Sequence record: MK250019.1
DNA length: 64,000 bases
Reading direction: 5' to 3' (one strand)
In this document: positions 55,923 to 64,000 of the stretch, in pieces
Numbering within the stretch: the stretch's first letter is position 1
Layout of the letters: each line of letters opens with the position of its first letter
The notes under the pieces: generated by a model
Database searches by the model: none
What the model was told of the DNA's origin: nothing
Seen by the model: the letters and a program-made list of their open reading frames with translations, nothing else
Translations under genes and position numbers: made by a program

Positions 55923-56984
55923 ATGAATTATAATAAAATTTATAATAATATTATTAATAATGCAAAAAATCGAAATAATATAAACAATCAATACTTTGAA
56001 ATACATCATATTATCCCTAAATGTATAGGAGGAACTGATGATGATAAAAATTTAGTAAAACTTACATTACGTGAACATTTTATATGTCATGAATTATTAG
56101 TTAAAATATATCCAGATATACAATCATTAAAATGCGCATTATGGATTATTTGTATTACGACATTAGAAGCAAAAAAAGAATATATAACAAATAATATAAA
56201 ATATAAAAATAATAAATTACCTATTAATCATAGAGTACAACATTTTTTAAATGATTTTGAAAAACATATTAATATATCTTCAAGAGATTATGAATATTGT
56301 AGAACATTATATTATATAGCAACAAAAGGGAAAAAACGAACTGTTGAGCAATGTAAAAAAATTTCAGATGCGACAAAGCATGCTATGAAAGATCCATCTA
56401 GAGTACAATTAAGAAGAAAAGGTGTATTGGGTAGTAAATTTTATTATGATTTAATAACAAATAAATCTTATAAATGGTTTCCGGGAGATCCAGATATTGA
56501 TTTAAATAAGTATGCGTGGGGTAGAGGAAAGAAAATGAGTTTAAAATCAAAAACATTAATGTCTGAAAATTTATCAAAATATAAAAAAGTATATTATTAT
56601 AATGATAATTTAAAATCATCTACATGCTTTTGTAAAGATTAGATAAAAATATTACCTGATAGTTGGCATTTAGGAAGAAAATTCGGCGGATATAATAAAA
56701 TGAAAATATTTATTATACCATTATTAAGAAATGTACATTTTAAATTAGTATGTAATTAGCATTTTATTGATAATATATTTTATCATATTAATTTATTAAA
56801 CAAATAGGAAATAAGTATAGGTATATTAACGATTAATGAAAAAATATTAAGTGACTTAATACAAAAAAATATTGATATTAATGATGAAAAATATATTACA
56901 ATAATATATAACAATATATTAAATAATATAAACCAAATTAAAACTATTAATAATAGCGTTTATTTAAATAGTGAAAATATTTAA
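55923..56984 (+). CDS. free-standing HNH homing endonuclease (353 aa, code 15)
   Basis: NYNKIY..FEIHHIIPKCIGGTDDDKNLVKLTLREHF; 3 in-frame TAG; ends VYLNSENI. Confidence 0.85.
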
Positions 56985-57015
56985 GTTTTTATAACCTATT
57001 TTATTTTTAAATTTT

Positions 57016-57050
57016 AATGATTCCAGTATACTACTACTGGAATCATTTTT
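57016..57050 (+). terminator. intrinsic terminator after HNH cassette
   Basis: aatgattccagta...tactggaatcatt plus T-run. Confidence 0.8.
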
Positions 57051-57136
57051 TATTGATTTTTTCTAATAAAAATAGATGTTTTAATCAACTTTTTATATGT
57101 TTTTCTATATAATTTTTAAGAAAAAGATTAAATAGT

Positions 57137-57844
57137 ATGAATTTATTTGATAACGAATTTGATGATATAATTGATTCAGAAACTACATCTTCATCTGTTT
57201 CTACAGAGATGAGAGTTAATGAATTTAAAAAATGGAAGCAAGAAGTATTAAGTTTAAAAAAGAGAAAAGATGATATATATAACCGTAGAAATATAGTTCA
57301 TAATATAGATGATATAATATTAGAAGGAAATTCAGTTACTTTAATTTTTGATTCTAATGTTGAGAAAAATGTTATATTATGCCCTATTAATTATATTATA
57401 TCATGCCCTCTACCGATCAATAATATTAATATAGAAAATAATACAGAAAATGATATACGATTAATTTTATATTCACCAAGAAAATATAATGATTCAAAAT
57501 TAGAAGAAGATATTGTGAATAAAGATGATTTAGAAATGTTATCTCTTATTAACTTTAATAATATGAATATAACAGATATATTATTTAGAGGTACATTTTC
57601 TACATTTGATGATTATCATAAGTATCTAGATATTGTAAAGAACAAATTTAATTATGCTACAATATGGATGAATTACGAAACACGTATAGAACATCCTGAT
57701 ACTACTATAAAACCATTAAAAAGAAATAACTGCCATATATCAGCATTATTGAGATATGATGAATTAATAGATACTATTATTTACAATGATACTGTTAATA
57801 TATCATATTGTAATTTTATTAATAGTGGAATATTGCAAAATTAA
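57137..57844 (+). CDS. hypothetical protein
   Basis: 235 aa ORF. Confidence 0.65.
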   Translation: MNLFDNEFDDIIDSETTSSSVSTEMRVNEFKKWKQEVLSLKKRKDDIYNRRNIVHNIDDIILEGNSVTLIFDSNVEKNVILCPINYIISCPLPINNINIENNTENDIRLILYSPRKYNDSKLEEDIVNKDDLEMLSLINFNNMNITDILFRGTFSTFDDYHKYLDIVKNKFNYATIWMNYETRIEHPDTTIKPLKRNNCHISALLRYDELIDTIIYNDTVNISYCNFINSGILQN

Positions 57845-57854
57845 CTAGTTAAAA

Positions 57855-58031
57855 ATGGAAAATAAGAGAAATAAGTTATTTTACGTTATTATTATTGTAC
57901 TTATAGGTGCTTGCATATATTTTGCAAGTGAAAAAACATATTATGAAATGAAGGTACATCAATTGCAAGAAACAGTAGATAGGCAAGCTGGTGCAATAGA
58001 AAGTTTAGAAAGACAAAAGATTAATTATTAA
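57855..58031 (+). CDS. small TM plus coiled-coil protein (58 aa)
   Basis: ATG to TAA, N-terminal hydrophobic helix. Confidence 0.5.
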   Translation: MENKRNKLFYVIIIVLIGACIYFASEKTYYEMKVHQLQETVDRQAGAIESLERQKINY

Positions 58032-58036
58032 AATAT

Positions 58037-59002
58037 ATGGATGACAAATATTTAATTATATATCATAAAGAAGATAATGATGGCTTATTTTCAATGGCTA
58101 TCATTTATAATTATTTAACAGAAGAGAAACATATAAACAGAAATATGATTTCATTATTTGGTGCAGATTATAATATGATGGAGAATATAAATATTCATAC
58201 AGATATTATAGATCAATATGATTATGTATATATTACTGATATTTCATTTGATACTGCAGAAACAATGAGAGAACTTAAGAAAACATATAGCAATAAGCTT
58301 ACATGGTTTGATCATCATGCACCTATGATTAATAAATCAGAAGAGTTACATTTTGATGATATTCCTGGTACAAGAACAACAAAACATTCAGCATTGTATA
58401 ATGCATTTACATATCTATATAATTTTGTTGGTCGAATTCCTGATTTATTTAAGGTATTATCTGCGTGGGATAGTTGGAGTTATGAAGCAGAAAATATTAA
58501 TTTTGATTTTTGTAGATATGTAAATATTGGTGTAAATAACAAATATGATTTAAATATTGAAAAAATTATTAATTATGTATATGATATTATATATACATAT
58601 GAGCCTATTGAATTAACAGCTCAAATTAATGAACTTAAGGATTTAGGTAAACTTGAATGTAATATTATAGATAGAAATAATAAGAATCTTATTAAAACAT
58701 ATGGTGATTTTACATGGACAGTTGGACCTGATAATAGAAGTGCATGTGCATTGTTTATTCAGAAACCTACAAATTCACAAATATTTTCTTCATGTAAAGA
58801 GAGAGTTCAAAATGGTATTGTATTTAAGCGTCTAACTGATGGTATGTGGGCAATATCATTATATAATCCTATTGATACGCATGAATTTCATTGTGGTAAA
58901 TTTTTACAGGAATATTATCATGGTGGTGGACATGAAGGTGCTGCAGGCGCACAAATAGCAGAAGATGAATTTATTAAAATATTAAAAGCTAAACATATTT
59001 AA
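58037..59002 (+). CDS. DHH/DHHA1 phosphoesterase (NrnB/oligoribonuclease-like)
   Basis: YHKEDNDG, TDISF, WFDHH, GGGHEGAAG. Confidence 0.9.
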   Translation: MDDKYLIIYHKEDNDGLFSMAIIYNYLTEEKHINRNMISLFGADYNMMENINIHTDIIDQYDYVYITDISFDTAETMRELKKTYSNKLTWFDHHAPMINKSEELHFDDIPGTRTTKHSALYNAFTYLYNFVGRIPDLFKVLSAWDSWSYEAENINFDFCRYVNIGVNNKYDLNIEKIINYVYDIIYTYEPIELTAQINELKDLGKLECNIIDRNNKNLIKTYGDFTWTVGPDNRSACALFIQKPTNSQIFSSCKERVQNGIVFKRLTDGMWAISLYNPIDTHEFHCGKFLQEYYHGGGHEGAAGAQIAEDEFIKILKAKHI

Positions 59003-59005
59003 ATT

Positions 59006-59047
59006 AAATAGGAGAATAGTTTTTCGTATACTATTCTCCTATTTTTT
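59006..59047. terminator. bidirectional terminator between convergent blocks
   Basis: aaataggagaatagt...actattctcctattt stem. Confidence 0.8.
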
Positions 59048-62000
59048 ATTTGTCATTATTACTATTTGTATCTAATGTATTTTCATCTATATCATTATTA
59101 TTCGAAAATTCTACTTGCTAATTTGTATTTTTAGTCATGTAATTTGTAAATGTTATTAATGTGCCTGGTATTCTATCTGAACCTAATATCGCTTTTACAG
59201 ATTCCCAGAATTCTCTTTGTTTTATTGTATCTGTTCCTATATGATAATGTTTTGTTGTTGCACCTGTATCATCTCGTGCCTATTCTATATAAGCAGATAC
59301 ACCATAATCATAGAATAATTTTAATATAGTAGGACTTTTCATTATAATATTTGTCATAAGTTCAGTAAAATCCATACCGTTATTAATAATATCTATAGCT
59401 TCGCCATATAAATGTCGTGAATTATTCTTTTTAAAATACATTACTTCACCAATAGCATTCATACATTTATAATAATCATATTTTTTTATAAATGCATTAC
59501 CATCAACTTTATTACCATATTCATCTACTGCCCATCTTCTTCCAGATACTAATTTACATTTATTATCAGATTCAGATAAAATAGTTTTATAAATATCCTT
59601 CATAAAAGATTTTAAACCAGTTAATGGTATAGTAGAACCAGCTACATAATCAGATTTCTTTACATATTGATCTATCATATCCATATTAAAATTAACTGCC
59701 TCTACTGTTTCTTTTCCGTGTGCATTATATATAGTACCGGCTTCTTCTTGTTCTTGCTATTGTTCATCAGTTGTAGAACTTATATTCTATTTTCTCTATG
59801 CAGTCACGACTGCATCTTCAGATGTTGGTGCACCTTTAATATGTTCTGCTCCATATCGTTTTAATGCATCATAATATGCCATTCTAGCAAGTTTACCATT
59901 TCCAATATCTACTAATACAATAGTATTTGCTGTTTTTTTATCTATTGTTTTACCTGATTTATCTTTAATTTTAGATGGTACTGGCCATTCTCTTCTAACT
60001 AATTTAACATTTGTTCTCCAATTTGTACCCTAACCCTAATCATTATCAGTATCGAATACCCATTCAATACCATCTATAATATACCAACCAGATTCTGCTT
60101 CATACATGCATTCTTCTATTTTTGTACGTGCTTGACCAGTTCTAATAGCTTGTTCTGCTCTATTTAAATCCATTAAAACAATAGGCATTTTTTCACCACG
60201 AACAATACTTAAGTTTGCACCATTTAATTCAACAAGTAAATACTGTTTTTGTAACTATAATAAATTTCTCATATTATGTTCATATGCAACTTCATAAAAT
60301 CTATGAGTATTTCCAGATGACATCATATTATTTCCGGTTCCTTCAAGATTTGCTGCATCTCCATCAGATTGTTGATTTGTAATTTTCTCTGGTTCATTTT
60401 TATTTGATGATTGAGTTTCTGAAGTAGCCATTGCAGAATCACCACTTGCATATGTCATATTTCTTCCAGGTCCTAATAATACGAAGAAATCATTATCTGC
60501 TCGTGTTGGATCAAATTTTGTTCTATTTAAACATAATGAAAATTCAACACTATAATTAGGATTATTTGGATCTATTAAACCTGTGTTAACTGATGAATAT
60601 TGCATTTTACAATTTAATCCCACAAAATCCTATATTTCCTATGCATTATTAAGTAATCTCCAATTATTAACATGATATACTGTTGCTGCTTCATTATCAT
60701 CTGTAATATTAGTAAATATCTTTGTCTATATATGCGGTTTTACTTTCTATTCTTCATCTGTTTTAGTTGCTGCTTTACCATCAATAGCTCTATTATTAAT
60801 AAATGTATTTGTCCAGAATGTCATATCTATTGATTCATCATAACCACTTTCACCTAATAATCTATTAATATTCATGAAAGATAATCCATATCTCGGATCT
60901 ATCCATGATTCAAAAAATGAATTAGAATCTTTCCATGCATGTGTTGTCAAATCATGTAAAAACATTTCTGGTGATTTACAATTACACCAAACCATTACAT
61001 CGTTTGTATCATCTGGATCACAAAAGAAGAAACTTAATCTTAAACGTTTTGCAAGATCCATCATAGCATCTCGTGATGAACCATTAAAATTATATCTAGA
61101 TTCTTCATTTCTTAAATCTGGTACATATAATTCTCCGGTTATAATCTATGTCTAATATTTCTGATATTGCGTCTAATCCATCTAATCAGAAACAACATTT
61201 GTAATTCTGAAATCACATCTCATAGACTTAATCATTGCATGTCCACTCTGAAAAAATACACTGCATCTATCACCTTGCTTTACAAAATCCTTTTTTAATA
61301 AACCAGGGTCTGATGTAGTTACTATAAGTCTCATCGTAGGTAAAACACCTGTTAATGGCATTTGATAAATTTCATACTCATTATAATTCTTATAATAACC
61401 GGTTTCCATAGAAAAATGCTATATTTCTGTAGATTCAAAATAATGATCATTTATACGAATTATAGGATATACGGCACCTTTATTATACCATTGATTCTCT
61501 TTAATATTAGGACTTGTTACATCCGGTACTGAAATACCAATTACATTGGGATCATCAATATTAGCACCTAATGGTAATGAACTACGAGGATTATCTTTAT
61601 CTTTATTTCCCATTGAATCCTCAAATATACCTTTATTTGAAGAATCTTTAGAACCTTTACCATTGCCATCAGAATCATTTGCGTTATCTCCAGTATGTGA
61701 TGTATTCTTATTTGTTCCTGAAGAATCATTCTCTGACTCATCATTTGTATTAGAATTATCATCATTACTTCCATCAGAATTAGATGTATCTTTATTAGAT
61801 GTATCAACCATATCTAATATTTTATCTTCATCTGATTTTGAATAACAAACACCACCATATTTTCCTGAACCATAATCAATAGTATAATTAAAAAAATCTT
61901 TCTTTATTATCTAATTTGTTGTTACATCTTTATATACTTTTGTTTCTGTATATAATTTTGCATTCTTACCTTTAAATATGATATTATAAGTATTATTTAT

Positions 62001-62087
62001 TGTGTCAGTATAATAATAATGTGTTATAGTTTTATCTGATGATACTTCTCCTTTTTTTAAATATTTAATACCATTTATCGTTAACAT
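59046..62087 (-). CDS. baseplate-hub-like protein with C-terminal peptidase M15-like domain (1013 aa, code 15)
   Basis: five track ORFs share one frame with 18 TAG and no TAA/TGA; 'SGWYIIDG...VKLVRREWPVP' hub-type ending; SRHLYGEAIDI...HYHIG zinc motif. Confidence 0.7.
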
Positions 62088-62089
62088 AA

Positions 62090-63148
62090 TTATTTAGATT
62101 TCTTTGTATTTTTATTTGTATTAGATTTATCTGTACTATTAGTTTTCTTATCTGATTTACCGGTAGATGTATCTTTTTTACCAATGGATGTATCTGCAGT
62201 TTTTTTTGCTACGTCCTCTTTAGTAATACCTTGATTTGCATATTCTATAGCTGGATCATTTGAATTATATGGTATTTTTAATTCATCTAACACAATACAA
62301 GAATCATTTGTAGAATATATACGTGTATGACTACTTGCAAATTGATCTTTTGATGTAAACATTGTTTGTTTAGATGTTGCTGATGCAGTTTGAAATGCAT
62401 TATCTTTTGAATTTTCAAATATATTACCACCTTGACCGGTAAATGTTTGATATTCATCATGTACAGGATATGCATTAGAATTTCCCATACCTGCACCACC
62501 AGTATCACCAAAACCACCACCGTCTAAACCACCGCCAGAAACTTCAGTACCTAATCCTGATAAATCAGCTAAGTTTACAGAACCCATTTTACTTAATACT
62601 GCATTTGCCCATGATGTTCTGCATGTTAGTGCACCAATATATCCATCTTTAAATGTACGTCTGCTACCATCTGCCATATATGATGTTTTACACCATGTAT
62701 ATGATTTCATAGATTGCTATGAACGTAATCTTGTTCCTTTACCTGCAGAACCATTTTCATAACCGCGTAGCACAATATCAGTTGATTGTCCAACTGATGT
62801 AGTTTTTCTTAACAAATTAATAAATGATTCAGAGCATCCTTTTGTTACAATAGCTATTTGCTAATCTAATGACCAATTTTCTATAGGTCTAGAATTATTG
62901 AATTGTCTCTATATTTGACGTTTCCATGCATTAGACCATTGTGCAAGTCCGGCACCATATCCGGAACCATTTGCAGATGAACCTTTAAATCTTCCAGATT
63001 TTTCAGCAGCGTTATATGCTCCAGGATCACAACCAGATTCTTCCATAAAACATCCTGCAAATCCAGCAGCCTAGAAATCTTTAAGATGCCATGTATCCAT
63101 TATTTTCTTTGTTATATAAACACCATTTAATAATTTTTTACCTGCCAT
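62090..63148 (-). CDS. phage tail lysozyme-domain protein (352 aa, code 15)
   Basis: 4 TAG; FQAAGFAGCFMEESG...GAGLAQW...LRGYE pattern of tail lysozymes. Confidence 0.8.
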
Positions 63149-63154
63149 AAATCA

Positions 63155-64000
63155 TTAACCATTAGTTTTAACTGAACTATTTACTATATTTAATGTTGTC
63201 GTATTTGATGAAACACTAGAATCCCAAGGATTTATTGGAATTGATAATTCGTCTAATACGATAGAAGAATCATTTGTTGAATATATACGAGTTGTTTTTA
63301 AATTCATTACTGAAGAATCATTCATCTATTTATATGCTGTAGAATCTGTATATGTTAATCTTAATTTATTTTCACCAACTATTTCAAATACAGATTTTGA
63401 ACCATTACCTGATGCAATAGTTTCATATTCATCATGTACAGGATATGTATTTGAAGTATAATTAAATTGTGAACCTGCACGACCATTAAATGTACCACCA
63501 ATACCATATCCTGTATTCATTTGTTGTTGCATTGTATTTCCATTAACAGAAGAAAAATCTAATGGTGTATCAATGCTTACACCAGAATTTCGCCATATAA
63601 TAGAATATCCTGGTTTAATTGATGTATAACATGGCATACCTGCTCGTTTTTTTCCATTTGGACCTGGTCGTCCATCATGTATATTTCCCCATGCGTATGA
63701 CATAAAAGAAGATCCGTTTTTTCCATAAAATACTTCAACATGACCATTTCTTGCAATTATATCGAATGGCTATAATAGTGTAAATCCTGAAAATCGTAAT
63801 GGAGAGAAACCTGCTTTTTTAAGATACCTTGCAGTTGTACTTGTAGTAGATGCAAATTCATGTGAAGATACAAGATAAGATTTTGGAAACGCACCAAATA
63901 ACTATAAACATGCTGATGTAAAGCCTGAACAATCATCTCCTACACTATTACCTAATAAAGGACATGAATACATACGTCTTGATCCTGTTGCATGTCCAGA
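63155..64000 (-). CDS. NlpC/P60-like cysteine peptidoglycan hydrolase, 5' end outside window, code 15
   Basis: GDDCSGF catalytic Cys and LQPFDIIARNGHVEVF His motif in one frame with 3 TAG; TAA at 63155. Confidence 0.8.

Larger units (their letters stand above)
55765..57010 (+). repeat. 53-bp direct repeat (43-bp perfect core at 55775-55817 and 56968-57010) flanking the HNH cassette
   Basis: atagtgaaaatatttaagtttttataacctattttatttttaa is identical at both sites; 2 mismatches in the preceding 10 bp. Confidence 0.95.

Noticed and set aside
1-64000. TAG as pyrrolysine, or sporadic programmed read-through
   Set aside because: TAG is frequent, occurs in tandem, aligns to Gln-type positions and is never used as a stop; no pyl genes are in the window.
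1-64000. CRISPR array, rRNA, tRNA (including suppressor tRNA), integrase or IS element
   Set aside because: No regularly spaced repeats, cloverleafs or transposase/integrase motifs were recognised by eye; a suppressor tRNA may lie outside the window.

Overview
Very AT-rich 64 kb segment of a jumbo/mega bacteriophage, most likely infecting Bacteroidota. It resembles Lak-type Prevotella megaphages (inferred from gene content, Bacteroidota-type TAnnTTTG promoters and genetic code; no database search was run). The phage reads TAG as glutamine (translation table 15). Every gene end I checked is TAA or TGA, while in-frame TAGs interrupt recognisable proteins (dUTPase, HtpG, NrdD, helicase, RNA ligase, GIY-YIG 'YIG*T'), so the supplied standard-code ORF track fragments many genes. 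Re-read in code 15, the window holds: (1) nucleotide metabolism and replication genes (dUTPase, Nudix, IMPDH/GMPR-like, HD, family B DNA polymerase pieces, gp41/DnaB-like helicase, NrdD); (2) RNA/translation genes (S1-domain protein, Thg1, RNA ligase, nucleotidyltransferase); (3) host-like envelope and stress genes (OmpA, M13 peptidase, CNNM/CorC, TelA, SPFH, HtpG, thioredoxin); (4) TAG-rich late-type genes (pyruvyltransferase-glycosyltransferase fusion, three paralogous fibre-like proteins, hub-like protein with an M15 peptidase, tail lysozyme, NlpC/P60). Highlights: the DNA polymerase is fractured at motif C by a naturally split intein with a gene between the halves, and it also lacks its exonuclease/motif A half; nrdD carries two group I introns with recoded homing endonucleases plus an intein, with splice junctions resolved to the base; an HNH cassette is flanked by a 43-bp perfect duplication of the nrdD 3' end; two wall hydrolases share a C-terminal module; three promoter-like motif classes track with TAG density. 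No tRNA, rRNA or CRISPR array was recognised. There are three N gaps (4587-4636, 4851-4878, 34439-34462).
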